This document shows, piece by piece, positions 20,600 through 38,375 of a DNA stretch of 64,000 bases. The stretch is taken from the sequence record NC_054909.1; one strand, 5' to 3'. The position numbers and the translations under genes are program-made. The notes under the pieces are model-generated. The model was not told the origin of the DNA. It did no database searches and worked only from the letters and a program-made list of their open reading frames with translations. Positions within the stretch are counted from its first letter, which is position 1; every line of letters starts with the position of its first letter. The stretch comes from Escherichia phage EC121.

Positions 20600-20622
20600 G
20601 GGAGCCCATGGGCTCCCTTTTT
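20600..20622 (+). terminator. Rho-independent terminator after gene 8
   Basis: GGGAGCCCATGGGCTCCC hairpin followed by TTTTT. Confidence 0.65.
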
Positions 20623-20625
20623 CTT

Positions 20626-20633
20626 TATAAATA
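20626..20633 (+). promoter_or_regulatory. T4 late promoter TATAAATA for gene 9
   Basis: Exact octamer 25 nt upstream of the gene 9 ATG. Confidence 0.6.
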
Positions 20634-20657
20634 CTATAAACTCATAAGGAAACCGCT

Positions 20658-21524
20658 ATGTTCATTCAAGAACCAAAGAAATTGATTGATACCGGCGAAA
20701 TTGGTAACGCTTCTACTGGTGATATCTTATTCGACGGTGGTAATAAAATTAATAGTGATTTTAACGCAATTTATAATGCGTTTGGCGATCAGCGCAAAAT
20801 GGCAGTAGCAAATGGCACTGGAGCAGATGGCCAAATTATTCATGCTACTGGATATTATCAAAAACACTCTATTGCAGAGTACGCAACTCCAGTAAAAGTT
20901 GGCACTAGGCATGATATTGATACCTCTACTGTAGGTGTTAAAGTTATCATTGAAAGAGGCGAACTTGGTGACTGCGTTGAATTTATTAACTCAAATGGAT
21001 CTATATCAGTTACTAATCCTTTAACGATTCAAGCAATTGATTCAATTAAAGGTGTTTCAGGCAATTTAGTAGTAACTAGCCCATATAGTAAAGTAACTTT
21101 ACGCTGTATTTCATCTGATAATTCTACATCGGTTTGGAATTATTCTATTGAAAGTATGTTTGGACAAAAGGAATCACCAGCTGAAGGTACATGGAATATT
21201 TCTACATCCGGATCAGTTGATATTCCATTATTTCATCGTACTGAATACAATATGGCTAAATTGCTAGTTACATGCCAGTCAGTAGATGGAAGAAAAATTA
21301 AAACAGCAGAAATAAATATTCTTGTGGATACTGTTAATTCAGAGGTCATTTCTTCTGAATATGCTGTCATGCGAGTTGGGAATGAAACCGAAGAAGACGA
21401 AATCGCTAATATTGCATTTAGTGTTAAAGAAAATTATGTAACGGCGACTATAAGTTCTTCAACTGTCGGTATGAGAGCAGCAGTTAAAGTTATCGCTACG
21501 CAGAAAATCGGGGTGGCTCAATAA
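20658..21524 (+). CDS. 9: gp9, baseplate wedge / long tail fibre socket
   Basis: 288 aa, synteny. Confidence 0.95.
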   Translation: MFIQEPKKLIDTGEIGNASTGDILFDGGNKINSDFNAIYNAFGDQRKMAVANGTGADGQIIHATGYYQKHSIAEYATPVKVGTRHDIDTSTVGVKVIIERGELGDCVEFINSNGSISVTNPLTIQAIDSIKGVSGNLVVTSPYSKVTLRCISSDNSTSVWNYSIESMFGQKESPAEGTWNISTSGSVDIPLFHRTEYNMAKLLVTCQSVDGRKIKTAEINILVDTVNSEVISSEYAVMRVGNETEEDEIANIAFSVKENYVTATISSSTVGMRAAVKVIATQKIGVAQ

Positions 21525-23329
21525 TGAAACAAAATATTAATATCGGTAATGTTGTAGATGATGGTACCGGTGACTACCTGCGTAAAGGTGGTATAAAAAT
21601 AAATGAAAACTTTGATGAGCTTTATTATGAACTCGGTGATGGTAATGTTCCATATTCAGCCGGTGCTTGGAAAACTTATAATGCTTCATCTGGGCAAACA
21701 TTAAAAGCTGAATGGGGAAAATCATACGCTATTAATACTTCGTCTGGAAGAGTAACACTGCAACTTCCTAAAGGAACTGTTAATGATTATAATAAAGTAA
21801 TTAGAGCTAGGGATGTATTTGCAACATGGAATGTTAATCCAGTTACTTTAGTAGCCGCTTCTGGTGATACTATCAAAGGATCATCGTCATCGGTTGAAAT
21901 TAACGTTCAATTTAGTGATTTAGAGCTAGTTTATTGCGCTCCGGGCCGTTGGGAATATGTCAAAAATAAACAAATTGACAAAATTATTAGTTCAGACATT
22001 AGCAATGTAGCTCGTAAAGAATTTTTAGTCGAAGTTCAAGGACAAACAGACTTTTTAGATATTTTCCGTGGAACTAGTTATAATGTTAATAACATCAGAG
22101 TAAAACACCGCGGTAATGAATTGTATTACGGCGATGTTTTTAGCGAAAATAGCGACTTTGGTTCTCCTGGAGAAAATGAAGGCGAATTAGTTCCTCTTGA
22201 TGGATTTAATATTCGATTAAGACAGCCTTGTAATATTGGTGACACTGTTCAAATTGAAACATTTATGGATGGTGTATCACAATGGAGAAGTTCATATACA
22301 AGACGCCAAATAAAAGTACTGGATTCAAAACTAACATCAAAGACTTCTTTAGAAGGAAGTATTTACGTTACTGATTTATCGACGATGAAATCAATTCCAT
22401 TTTCCGCATTTGGATTAATTCCAGGAGAACCTATTAATCCTAATTCTCTTGAAGTTCGTTTTAATGGAATTTTACAACAACAAGCTGGAACAGCTGGATA
22501 TCCTCTGTTTTTGTGTGAAGGCGCTAGTTCAGATACGCAAGAAGGATGTATATCTCTTGGTGGTGAATGGAAAGAATCAAACACAGATTATTCTATAGAA
22601 TATGAAGATGGAAAACCTACCAGTCTTTTATTTGATAGAAAATTTGAATCAGGCGATATAATCGTTATAACGTGGTTCAATAATGATTTAGGAACTCTTT
22701 TAGAAAAAGATGACATCATTGAATTGACTGATGACCGTTATGTTAGCAAAGGATCATCTACCGAAGTTACTGGTGATGTAGCCTTAACAGATTTTGATAA
22801 AATCGGTTGGCCAAATGTTGAAAAAGTTGATTCTTATACTAGAACGTATAATTCAATATCATCTATTTTCGATAGCATTTATCCTGTAGGTTCAATTTAT
22901 GAAAATGCTATAAACCCAAATAATCCAGTAACTTATATGGGATTTGGTTCATGGAAATTATTTGGTAAAGGGCAGGTTTTAGTAGGATGGAATGATGATG
23001 TCACAGATCCAAACTTTGCATTAAACAATAATGATTTAGATTCTAGCGGAAATCCTTCACATACCGCCGGTGGAACAGTTGGTACAACATCAGTAACGCT
23101 TGAAAACGCAAATCTTCCTGCGACTAAAACTGATGAAAGAGTTTTAATTGAAGACGAAAATGGATCAGTTATTATTGGAGGATGTCAATATGACCCAGAC
23201 GAAACTGGTCCTATATATACAAAATATCGTGAAGACTACGCAACAACAAACTCTTCACATACTCCTCCTGCTAATATTAGTAATATTCAACCGTCTATTA
23301 CTGTATACCGTTGGATAAGGATTGCATAA
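21524..23329 (+). CDS. 10: gp10, baseplate wedge subunit / short tail fibre attachment
   Basis: 601 aa, TAATG overlap with gene 9. Confidence 0.95.
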   Translation: MKQNINIGNVVDDGTGDYLRKGGIKINENFDELYYELGDGNVPYSAGAWKTYNASSGQTLKAEWGKSYAINTSSGRVTLQLPKGTVNDYNKVIRARDVFATWNVNPVTLVAASGDTIKGSSSSVEINVQFSDLELVYCAPGRWEYVKNKQIDKIISSDISNVARKEFLVEVQGQTDFLDIFRGTSYNVNNIRVKHRGNELYYGDVFSENSDFGSPGENEGELVPLDGFNIRLRQPCNIGDTVQIETFMDGVSQWRSSYTRRQIKVLDSKLTSKTSLEGSIYVTDLSTMKSIPFSAFGLIPGEPINPNSLEVRFNGILQQQAGTAGYPLFLCEGASSDTQEGCISLGGEWKESNTDYSIEYEDGKPTSLLFDRKFESGDIIVITWFNNDLGTLLEKDDIIELTDDRYVSKGSSTEVTGDVALTDFDKIGWPNVEKVDSYTRTYNSISSIFDSIYPVGSIYENAINPNNPVTYMGFGSWKLFGKGQVLVGWNDDVTDPNFALNNNDLDSSGNPSHTAGGTVGTTSVTLENANLPATKTDERVLIEDENGSVIIGGCQYDPDETGPIYTKYREDYATTNSSHTPPANISNIQPSITVYRWIRIA

Positions 23330-23988
23330 TGAGTTTACTTAATAATAAAGCGGGAGTTATTTCCCGCTTAGCAGATTTTCTTGGTTTTAGAACTAAGAAA
23401 AATGATATTTCGGTTATGAATAATCAGCCAGTAGGTGCTGTAACAATTTCACAAATAGCAAAAGGTTTTTATGACCCAAATGTAGAATCTGCTATCAATG
23501 ATGTTAGAAATATGGCAGAGCAACAGGTTGGAGCTGTATTAGTTAATATAAGTGGCGTATCTCCTACTGGCGTGCAGCAAACAGACTATTGGTCATTTGA
23601 AGGAACTGTTACTGATACTTCAGCCAAACCAGGTGACACAGTTATTGTTAATATGTTTGGCATTCCTGTTAAAGCTACTAATGGAATGACTTCAATCGAA
23701 TTTACCAGTGCCGTTAGAACAGCTCTGCAGGAAATGGTTGCAAAATTTATTGCAATTGATTCATTTGAAGACCATCCTACCATAGGAAATAAAATACAAG
23801 TTAAGTATTTAGATAACCAAGAACATATCTTAGAACAATACTCTGATAAAGGAATTACTTTCAAACAAGAAATAATTTCTCCTTCTAAACCTGGATACGG
23901 AACTTGGCAATTATTAGGTGCGCAAACTGTCACGCTAGATAGTCACACACAACCTACGGTATTTTATTATTTTGAGAGAATAGCATGA
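23329..23988 (+). CDS. 11: gp11, baseplate wedge subunit
   Basis: Track start at 23311 lies inside gene 10; ATG at 23329 (MSLLNNKAG...) overlaps the gene 10 stop (TAATG) and gives 219 aa. Confidence 0.9.
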   Translation: MSLLNNKAGVISRLADFLGFRTKKNDISVMNNQPVGAVTISQIAKGFYDPNVESAINDVRNMAEQQVGAVLVNISGVSPTGVQQTDYWSFEGTVTDTSAKPGDTVIVNMFGIPVKATNGMTSIEFTSAVRTALQEMVAKFIAIDSFEDHPTIGNKIQVKYLDNQEHILEQYSDKGITFKQEIISPSKPGYGTWQLLGAQTVTLDSHTQPTVFYYFERIA

Positions 23989-25541
23989 GTAACAATACAT
24001 ATCAGCACGTATCAAATGAATCAAAATATGTTAAATTCGATCCAGTAGGATCGAATTTTCCTGACACTGTCACGACAGTGCAGTCTGCATTATCAAAAAT
24101 AAGTAATATCGGCGTAAATGGTATTCCTGATGCAACTATGGAAGTTAAAGGAATAGCAATGATTGCGTCAGAGCAAGAGGTTTTAGATGGAACTAATAAT
24201 TCTAAAATCGTTACACCAGCTACATTAGCAACAAGATTATTGTATCCAAATGCTACTGAAACTAAGTATGGTTTAACGCGCTATTCAACAAATGAAGAAA
24301 CATTAGAAGGCTCAGATAATAATTCATCAATAACGCCGCAAAAACTGAAATACCATACTGACGATGTGTTCCAAAATAGATATTCGTCTGAGTCATCAAA
24401 CGGGGTTATTAAAATATCATCTACACCTGCAGCTTTAGCTGGAGTTGATGATACTACGGCAATGACTCCATTAAAAACGCAAAAACTTGCAATAAAATTA
24501 ATTTCACAAATAGCTCCTTCCGAAGATACTGCATCAGAATCTGTGAGAGGTGTAGTTCAATTATCTACTGTTGCGCAAACTCGTCAAGGAACTCTCCGCG
24601 AAGGATATGCAATTTCTCCGTATACCTTTATGAATTCTGTTGCAACACAAGAATATAAGGGTGTTATACGTTTAGGAACACAATCGGAAATTAACAGTAA
24701 TTTGGGAGATGTTGCAGTAACGGGTGAAACGCTAAATGGTCGAGGAGCTACTGGTTCTATGCGTGGAGTAGTTAAATTAACGACGCAAGCCGGTATTGCC
24801 CCTGAAGGTGATAGCTCTGGTGCATTAGCATGGAACGCAGATGTAATTAATACTCGTGGTGGACAAACTATTAATGGTTCTTTAAATTTAGACCATCTTA
24901 CAGCAAACGGAATTTGGTCGCGCGGCGGAATGTGGAAAAATGGCGATCAACCTGTTGCCACTGAAAGATACGCGTCCGAAAGGGTTCCAGTTGGAACTAT
25001 TATGATGTTTGCTGGAGATTCAGCACCTCCGGGTTGGATTATGTGCCACGGCGGAACCGTGTCAGGAGATCAATATCCTGATTATAGAAACACAGTTGGA
25101 ACGAGATTTGGTGGCGATTGGAATAATCCTGGCATTCCTGATATGCGAGGTCTTTTTGTTAGAGGAGCGGGCACCGGCGGTCATATTTTAAATCAACGAG
25201 GACAAGATGGTTATGGGAAGGATAGACTTGGTGTAGGATGTGATGGAATGCATGTTGGTGGTGTTCAAGCACAACAAATATCATACCATAAACATGCTGG
25301 TGCCTGGGGGGAAAATGGAAATAACAGAGGTTATGCACCGTTTGGCGCATCTAATGGCAATGGATATTTGGGCAATGGTAAAAGCGCCGACTGGGACAAC
25401 CATTTGTTCTTTACTAATGACGGATTTGAAATGGGTGGTCCTCGTGACTCGTTTGGCACGTTAAATCGCGAAGGATTAATTGGTTATGAAACTAGACCAT
25501 GGAATATATCATTAAACTATATTATTAAAATTCATTACTAA
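23985..25541 (+). CDS. 12: gp12, short tail fibre
   Basis: 518 aa, [13 protein letters not shown]...; C-terminal His-rich metal-site region ([13 protein letters not shown]). Confidence 0.9.
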   Translation: MSNNTYQHVSNESKYVKFDPVGSNFPDTVTTVQSALSKISNIGVNGIPDATMEVKGIAMIASEQEVLDGTNNSKIVTPATLATRLLYPNATETKYGLTRYSTNEETLEGSDNNSSITPQKLKYHTDDVFQNRYSSESSNGVIKISSTPAALAGVDDTTAMTPLKTQKLAIKLISQIAPSEDTASESVRGVVQLSTVAQTRQGTLREGYAISPYTFMNSVATQEYKGVIRLGTQSEINSNLGDVAVTGETLNGRGATGSMRGVVKLTTQAGIAPEGDSSGALAWNADVINTRGGQTINGSLNLDHLTANGIWSRGGMWKNGDQPVATERYASERVPVGTIMMFAGDSAPPGWIMCHGGTVSGDQYPDYRNTVGTRFGGDWNNPGIPDMRGLFVRGAGTGGHILNQRGQDGYGKDRLGVGCDGMHVGGVQAQQISYHKHAGAWGENGNNRGYAPFGASNGNGYLGNGKSADWDNHLFFTNDGFEMGGPRDSFGTLNREGLIGYETRPWNISLNYIIKIHY

Positions 25542-25550
25542 GGATTACAA

Positions 25551-27008
25551 ATGATTGAATTAAAAGAGTTACCTTTTGTTGATAGCGTTCCTGGCGAAGG
25601 TCAGGAACGTATTTCATGGATTAAAAATGGTGAAGAAATACTAGGAGCTAGTACTAAGTATGGAAACGATGGATCAATGAATAGACCAACTGTTTCCGTG
25701 TTTAAAAACGTCGAAGTTCTTGATGAAAATGTGGGAATTCTTAAAACTGCTGTTGAAACATCACAGGAAGATATTAAAACAATTCAAGGCATTTTAGATG
25801 TATCAGGAGATATAGAAGCGCTATCACAAATCAGCGTTAATAAAAATGACATATCAAATTTAAAAACGCTTACGAGTGAACATACTGATATATTAAATGG
25901 TACAAATACTACGGTTGATAATATTCTTTCTGATATTGGTCCATTTAATTCGCAAGCAAATTCAGTTTATAGAACGATTAGAAATGATTTGTTATGGATT
26001 AAAAGGGAATTAGGACAATATGCTGGGCAAGATATTAATGGTCTTCCTGTTGTAGGAAATAGCAGCACGGGGATGAAGCACCGTATCATTAATAATACAG
26101 ATGCTATAACTTCCCAAGGAATACGTCTAAGTGATTTGGAAGAAAAATTTATTGAATCTGATGTAGGTTCACTGACAATTGAAGTCGGAAATCTTAGACA
26201 AGAACTTGGACAAAGACCATCTTCATTTAGTGAAAGCATATATTCACGTGTGCATAATTTAGATCAATCACAGATTAATCTTAGTTCCGAAATTAAATCT
26301 ATCAAAACTTCTATTGGATATCCAGGAAATACTTCAATAATCACAGATGTCAATGTCAACAGTCAAGAAATTTCAGCTTTAAATGATGAACTAAATAAAA
26401 GTGGCGGCGTTAAACAGCGATTAACTGTTATTGAAACATCGATTGGTTCAGATGATATTCCTTCTAGTATTAAAGGTCAAATTAAAGATAATACCACTTC
26501 TATTGAATCTTTAAATGGAATTGTAGGTGAAAACACCTCGTCCGGTTTAAGAGCTAACGTTTCATGGCTAAATCAGATAGTTGGAACTGATTCTAGCGGA
26601 GGTCAACCTTCTCCTCCGGGGTCTCTTTTAAATAGAGTTTCAACTGTTGAAACCTCTGTTAATAGACTTAACAATGATGTTCAAAACTTACAGGTTGAAA
26701 TTGGTAATAACAGTTCCGGAATTAAAGGGCAAGTTGTAACACTAAATAAATTAGTAAGTGGAACAAATCCGAATGGTTCAACTGTCGAAGAACGCGGATT
26801 GACTAATTCAATAAAAGCTAATGAGACTAACATTTCTTCAATTAATCAAGAGATTCGTAGTATTAAAGGTAATGTGTCCTCATTGCAGAGGGATGTCCAG
26901 ACTTTACAAGAAGCTGGTTATATTCCTGAAGCTCCAAAAGATGGTCAAGCTTACGTTCGTAAAGACGGCGAATGGGTATTGCTTTCTACCTTTTTATCAC
27001 CAGCATAA
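25551..27008 (+). CDS. wac: Fibritin (whisker antigen control)
   Basis: 485 aa coiled-coil protein ending with the foldon [27 protein letters not shown]. Confidence 0.95.
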   Translation: MIELKELPFVDSVPGEGQERISWIKNGEEILGASTKYGNDGSMNRPTVSVFKNVEVLDENVGILKTAVETSQEDIKTIQGILDVSGDIEALSQISVNKNDISNLKTLTSEHTDILNGTNTTVDNILSDIGPFNSQANSVYRTIRNDLLWIKRELGQYAGQDINGLPVVGNSSTGMKHRIINNTDAITSQGIRLSDLEEKFIESDVGSLTIEVGNLRQELGQRPSSFSESIYSRVHNLDQSQINLSSEIKSIKTSIGYPGNTSIITDVNVNSQEISALNDELNKSGGVKQRLTVIETSIGSDDIPSSIKGQIKDNTTSIESLNGIVGENTSSGLRANVSWLNQIVGTDSSGGQPSPPGSLLNRVSTVETSVNRLNNDVQNLQVEIGNNSSGIKGQVVTLNKLVSGTNPNGSTVEERGLTNSIKANETNISSINQEIRSIKGNVSSLQRDVQTLQEAGYIPEAPKDGQAYVRKDGEWVLLSTFLSPA

Positions 27009-27039
27009 CATGGGGCCGCAAGGCCCTAAAGGATTTTAA

Positions 27040-28741
<1,702 letters not shown>

Positions 28742-28782
28742 TAAATACTATAAATTAATTAAAGCCCAGATTAGGAGAAATC

Positions 28783-31920
<3,138 letters not shown>

Positions 31921-31951
31921 ATATATTAAAGCATATTAAAGAGGATTAAAA

Positions 31952-33931
31952 ATGACTTTATTATCTCCGGGCATTGAGCTCAAAGAAACTACGGTTCAAA
32001 GCACCGTGGTTAATAACTCTACTGGTACAGCAGCTTTGGCCGGTAAATTCCAGTGGGGTCCTGCTTTTCAGATCAAACAGGTTACAAATGAAGTAGATTT
32101 AGTTAATACTTTTGGTCAACCTACAGCTGAAACTGCTGATTATTTTATGTCTGCAATGAATTTCTTACAATATGGAAATGATTTGCGAGTTGTGCGTGCT
32201 GTCGATAGAGATACCGCTAAAAACTCATCTCCGATTGCCGGTAATATTGAATACACTATTTCTACCCCAGGTAGTAACTACGCGGTTGGAGATAAAATCA
32301 CGGTTAAGTATGTTTCAGAAGATGTTGAAACAGAATGTAAAGTTACCGAAGTAGATGCTGATGGAAAAATTAAGAAAATTAATATTCCTACCGCAAAAAT
32401 TATCGCTAAAGCGAAAGAAGTAGGCGAATATCCAGCATTAGGTTCTAACTGGACCGCGGAAATTTCTTCGTCTTCCTCTGGTTTAGCTGCAGTAATAACT
32501 CTTGGAAAAATTATTACTGATTCTGGTATTTTATTAGCTGAAATTGAAAATGCTGAAGCTGCTATGACAGCTGTTGACTTTCAAGCAAATCTCGAAAAAT
32601 ATGGAATTCCAGGAGTAGTAGCTCTTTATCCAGGCGAGTTGGGCGATAAAATCGAAATTGAAATCGTATCTAAAGCTGACTACGCAAAAGGTGCTTCTGC
32701 ATTACTTCCAATTTATCCAGGTGGCGGAACACGCGCATCTACTGCCAAAGCAGTGTTTGGATATGGACCACAAACTGATTCACAATACGCTATTATAGTT
32801 CGTCGCAATGATGCTATTGTTCAAAGCGTTGTTCTTTCGACAAAGCGAGGTGAAAAAGATATTTACGATAGTAACATCTATATTGACGACTTTTTCGCAA
32901 AAGGTGGTTCAGAATATATTTTCGCAACTGCACAAAACTGGCCAGAAGGCTTCTCTGGAATTTTAACTCTGTCTGGTGGATTATCATCAAATGCTGAAGT
33001 AACAGCAGGAGATTTGATGGAAGCTTGGGGCTTCTTTGCTGACCGTGAATCTGTTGATGTTCAGTTGTTTATTGCGGGTTCTTGTGCCGGTGAATCTTTA
33101 GAAACAGCATCTACTGTCCAAAAACACGTCGTTTCAATTGGGGATGCTCGCCAAGATTGCTTAGTACTGTGCTCGCCACCGCGTGAAACTGTAGTTGGAA
33201 TTCCTGTAACTCGTGCTGTTGATAACTTAGTCAATTGGAGAACTGCCGCAGGTTCATATACTGATAATAACTTTAATATTAGTTCAACCTACGCAGCAAT
33301 TGATGGTAACTACAAGTATCAGTATGACAAATATAATGATGTAAATCGTTGGGTTCCATTAGCAGCTGATATTGCCGGATTGTGCGCAAGAACTGACAAC
33401 GTATCTCAGACTTGGATGTCTCCAGCTGGTTATAATCGTGGCCAGATTCTTAACGTTATTAAACTTGCTATTGAAACTCGCCAGGCTCAGCGCGACCGTT
33501 TATACCAAGAAGCTATCAACCCGGTAACTGGTACAGGTGGTGATGGTTACGTATTATATGGTGATAAAACAGCTACTTCTGTTCCTTCTCCATTTGATCG
33601 TATTAACGTTCGTCGTCTGTTTAATATGTTGAAAACGAATATCGGACGTAGTTCAAAATATCGTTTGTTCGAATTAAACAACGCGTTTACTCGTTCATCA
33701 TTCCGCACAGAAACTGCCCAGTACTTACAGGGAATTAAAGCTCTCGGTGGAATTTATGAATATCGTGTAGTTTGCGATACAACAAATAACACTCCGTCAG
33801 TAATTGATAGAAATGAGTTTGTTGCAACATTCTACATTCAACCGGCGCGCAGTATAAATTATATTACTTTGAATTTCGTCGCAACTGCTACTGGTGCAGA
33901 TTTCGATGAGTTAACTGGTCTTGCAGGTTAA
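31952..33931 (+). CDS. 18: gp18, tail sheath protein
   Basis: 659 aa, synteny. Confidence 0.95.
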   Translation: MTLLSPGIELKETTVQSTVVNNSTGTAALAGKFQWGPAFQIKQVTNEVDLVNTFGQPTAETADYFMSAMNFLQYGNDLRVVRAVDRDTAKNSSPIAGNIEYTISTPGSNYAVGDKITVKYVSEDVETECKVTEVDADGKIKKINIPTAKIIAKAKEVGEYPALGSNWTAEISSSSSGLAAVITLGKIITDSGILLAEIENAEAAMTAVDFQANLEKYGIPGVVALYPGELGDKIEIEIVSKADYAKGASALLPIYPGGGTRASTAKAVFGYGPQTDSQYAIIVRRNDAIVQSVVLSTKRGEKDIYDSNIYIDDFFAKGGSEYIFATAQNWPEGFSGILTLSGGLSSNAEVTAGDLMEAWGFFADRESVDVQLFIAGSCAGESLETASTVQKHVVSIGDARQDCLVLCSPPRETVVGIPVTRAVDNLVNWRTAAGSYTDNNFNISSTYAAIDGNYKYQYDKYNDVNRWVPLAADIAGLCARTDNVSQTWMSPAGYNRGQILNVIKLAIETRQAQRDRLYQEAINPVTGTGGDGYVLYGDKTATSVPSPFDRINVRRLFNMLKTNIGRSSKYRLFELNNAFTRSSFRTETAQYLQGIKALGGIYEYRVVCDTTNNTPSVIDRNEFVATFYIQPARSINYITLNFVATATGADFDELTGLAG

Positions 33932-33966
33932 TACGGTGCATTCTAAAGGCCTGTTTCGGCAGGCCA

Positions 33967-34033
33967 TATAAATACACTATATCCTTAATTCTTTAATTCT
34001 ATATGCCCTAGGTTAAACATAGGGATATAAATA
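33967..34033 (+). promoter_or_regulatory. Two late promoters (TATAAATA at 33967..33974 and 34026..34033) upstream of gene 19, after a hairpin at 33948..33965
   Basis: Exact octamers; second is 14 nt upstream of the gene 19 ATG. Confidence 0.55.
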
Positions 34034-34047
34034 CTACAGAGGCTAAT

Positions 34048-34539
34048 ATGTTTGTAGATGATGTAACACGAGCGTTTGAATCTGGTGATTTTGCTCGACC
34101 TAACTTATTCCAAGTAGAAATTTCTTATCTTGGACAAAATTTTACGTTTCAATGCAAAGCCACTGCTTTACCAGCTGGTATTGTAGAAAAAATTCCAGTC
34201 GGATTTATGAACCGTAAAATTAACGTAGCAGGCGATCGTACATTCGATGACTGGACTGTTACAGTAATGAACGATGAGGCACATGATGCTCGCCAGAAGT
34301 TTGTTGATTGGCAAAGCATTGCTGCTGGGCAAGGGAACGAAATTACTGGTGGAAAACCAGCAGAGTATAAAAAGAGCGCTGTTGTTCGCCAATACGCTCG
34401 TGATGCTAAAACAGTAACAAAAGAAATTGAAATTAAAGGTCTATGGCCTACTAACGTTGGTGAACTTCAATTAGATTGGGATTCAAACAATGAAATCCAA
34501 ACATTTGAAGTAACTCTTGCTCTCGATTATTGGGAATAA
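34048..34539 (+). CDS. 19: gp19, tail tube protein
   Basis: 163 aa, synteny. Confidence 0.95.
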   Translation: MFVDDVTRAFESGDFARPNLFQVEISYLGQNFTFQCKATALPAGIVEKIPVGFMNRKINVAGDRTFDDWTVTVMNDEAHDARQKFVDWQSIAAGQGNEITGGKPAEYKKSAVVRQYARDAKTVTKEIEIKGLWPTNVGELQLDWDSNNEIQTFEVTLALDYWE

Positions 34540-34544
34540 AATGA

Positions 34545-36196
<1,652 letters not shown>

Positions 36197-36197
<1 letters not shown>

Positions 36198-36454
36198 TGG
36201 AAGGTTTAATTGAAGCTATTAAATCAAACGACCTCGTAGCCGCTCGTAAATTCTTTGCTGAAGCCATGGCTGCAAGAACGATTGATTTAATTAAAGAAGA
36301 AAAAATCGCTATCGCTCGTAATTTCTTAATCGAAGGTGAAGAACCTGATGATGAGGATGACGAAGACGAGGATGATGACGAAGATAGCGATGATAAAGAC
36401 GACAAAAAAGGCAAAGACTCTGACGAAGATGACGAAGACGAGGATGATGAATAA
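36197..36454 (+). CDS. 67: gp67, prohead core protein with acidic C-terminal tract
   Basis: 85 aa, [20 protein letters not shown]... then [16 protein letters not shown]...; TAATG overlap with gene 20. Confidence 0.85.
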
Positions 36455-36879
36455 TGCTTCTGATCCCTGAAACTCATGAATTAGTTCTCGAGAATGTCGA
36501 AGCACTTATTCCTGAAGCACAGGGTCGCTTTGACGAATTGTCTTCTGCTTTAAATAAAGACGATATAAATACAATTGTCGAGAATATGCTTGATGATGAA
36601 ACTGATTTAGCGATTGCATTAGCTTCTATTAATGAAGATATGCCGCTAAATGAATTCATCGTTAAACATGTTTCTGCTCGTGGTGAAATTACACGTACTA
36701 AAGACCGCAAGACGCGTGAACGTAATGCATTTCAAACCACCGGGCTGTCTAAAGCAAAACGTAGACAAATTGCTCGCAAAGCTACCAAAACGAAGATTGC
36801 CAACCCAGCAGGTCAATCTCGTGCTCAGCGTAAGCGTAAAAAAGCTCTTAAACGCCGTAAAGCATTAGGATTAAGCTAA
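36454..36879 (+). CDS. 68: gp68, prohead core protein
   Basis: 141 aa, synteny 67-68-21. Confidence 0.85.
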   Translation: MLLIPETHELVLENVEALIPEAQGRFDELSSALNKDDINTIVENMLDDETDLAIALASINEDMPLNEFIVKHVSARGEITRTKDRKTRERNAFQTTGLSKAKRRQIARKATKTKIANPAGQSRAQRKRKKALKRRKALGLS

Positions 36880-37517
36880 TGAATGAACCCCAATTACTAA
36901 TTGAAACTTGGGGTCAACCTGGCGAAATTATTGATGGCGTGCCAATGCTTGAATCCCATGATGGAAAAGACTTAGGTTTAAAACCTGGTTTATACATCGA
37001 AGGAATATTCATGCAAGCAGAAGTCGTCAATAGAAATAAACGTCTTTATCCAAAACGTATATTAGAAAAAGCGGTAAAAGACTATATTAATGAGCAAGTT
37101 TTAACTAAACAAGCTCTCGGAGAATTAAATCATCCTCCACGCGCTAATGTTGACCCGATGCAAGCCGCTATCATTATAGAAGATATGTGGTGGAAAGGAA
37201 ATGACGTATACGGACGAGCTCGTGTTATTGAAGGTGACCATGGTCCTGGAGATAAATTAGCAGCTAATATTCGTGCCGGATGGATTCCAGGAGTTTCTTC
37301 TCGTGGATTAGGTTCATTGACTGACACAAATAAAGGTTATCGTATCGTAAACGAAGGATTCAAATTAACTGTAGGTGTTGATGCAGTATGGGGTCCAAGT
37401 GCTCCAGATGCATGGGTAACTCCTAAGGAAATTACCGAATCACAGACGGCGGAAGCCGATACAAGTGCCGATGACGCCTATATGGCTCTCGCAGAGGCCA
37501 TGAAAAAAGCGTTATAA
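36879..37517 (+). CDS. 21: gp21, prohead core protease
   Basis: 212 aa, synteny. Confidence 0.9.
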   Translation: MNEPQLLIETWGQPGEIIDGVPMLESHDGKDLGLKPGLYIEGIFMQAEVVNRNKRLYPKRILEKAVKDYINEQVLTKQALGELNHPPRANVDPMQAAIIIEDMWWKGNDVYGRARVIEGDHGPGDKLAANIRAGWIPGVSSRGLGSLTDTNKGYRIVNEGFKLTVGVDAVWGPSAPDAWVTPKEITESQTAEADTSADDAYMALAEAMKKAL

Positions 37518-37547
37518 ATATTATTATCTAAACAACAGGACTACAAA

Positions 37548-38357
37548 ATGCTTAAAGAACAACTGATTGCTGAAGCGCAAAAAATTGATGCTTCCGTTGC
37601 TCTTGATAGTATTTTCGAATCAGTTAATATTTCTCCGGAAGCAAAAGAAACTTTCGGCACTGTATTCGAAGCTACCGTCAAGCAGCACGCCGTTAAATTA
37701 GCTGAATCTCATATCGCTAAAATTGCTGAAAAAGCAGAAGAAGAAGTAGAAAAAAATAAAGAAGAAGCCGAAGAAAAAGCTGAGAAGAAAATTGCTGAGC
37801 AAGCTTCTAAATTCATCGACCATCTTGCAAAAGAATGGCTCGCTGAAAATAAATTAGCAGTTGATAAAGGCATCAAAGCCGAACTGTTTGAATCCATGCT
37901 AGGTGGATTAAAAGAGCTCTTTGTTGAACACAACGTCGTTGTTCCAGAAGAATCAGTTGATGTTGTAGCTGAAATGGAAGAAGAGCTGCAAGAACATAAA
38001 GAAGAATCAGCTCGTCTGTTCGAAGAACTCAATATGCGCGACGCATATATCAATTATGTGCAGCGTGAAGTGGCATTGAGCGAAAGTACTAAAGATCTGA
38101 CTGAGTCTCAAAAAGAAAAAGTCTCTGCTCTGGTCGAAGGTATGGATTATTCAGATGCATTCTCAAGTAAATTGAGTGCCATCGTAGAAATGGTGAAGAA
38201 GTCTAATAAAGATGAAAGCACTATTACTGAGGGTATAAATACTCCTGATACTGAAGCAGCCGGACTGAATTTCGTCACTGAAGCTGTAGAAGATAAAACT
38301 GCACCTGGTGCAGAAGATATTGTAAGTGTATATGCGAAAGTCGCATCTCGTTTCTAA
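37548..38357 (+). CDS. 22: gp22, prohead core scaffold protein
   Basis: 269 aa, acidic coiled-coil sequence, upstream of gene 23. Confidence 0.9.
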   Translation: MLKEQLIAEAQKIDASVALDSIFESVNISPEAKETFGTVFEATVKQHAVKLAESHIAKIAEKAEEEVEKNKEEAEEKAEKKIAEQASKFIDHLAKEWLAENKLAVDKGIKAELFESMLGGLKELFVEHNVVVPEESVDVVAEMEEELQEHKEESARLFEELNMRDAYINYVQREVALSESTKDLTESQKEKVSALVEGMDYSDAFSSKLSAIVEMVKKSNKDESTITEGINTPDTEAAGLNFVTEAVEDKTAPGAEDIVSVYAKVASRF

Positions 38358-38375
38358 TTTTAAAGGTTAACACAA

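Noticed and set aside
37709-38053. Ser-rich 114-aa minus-strand ORF
   Set aside because: Antisense shadow of the Glu/Lys-rich coiled-coil region of scaffold gene 22
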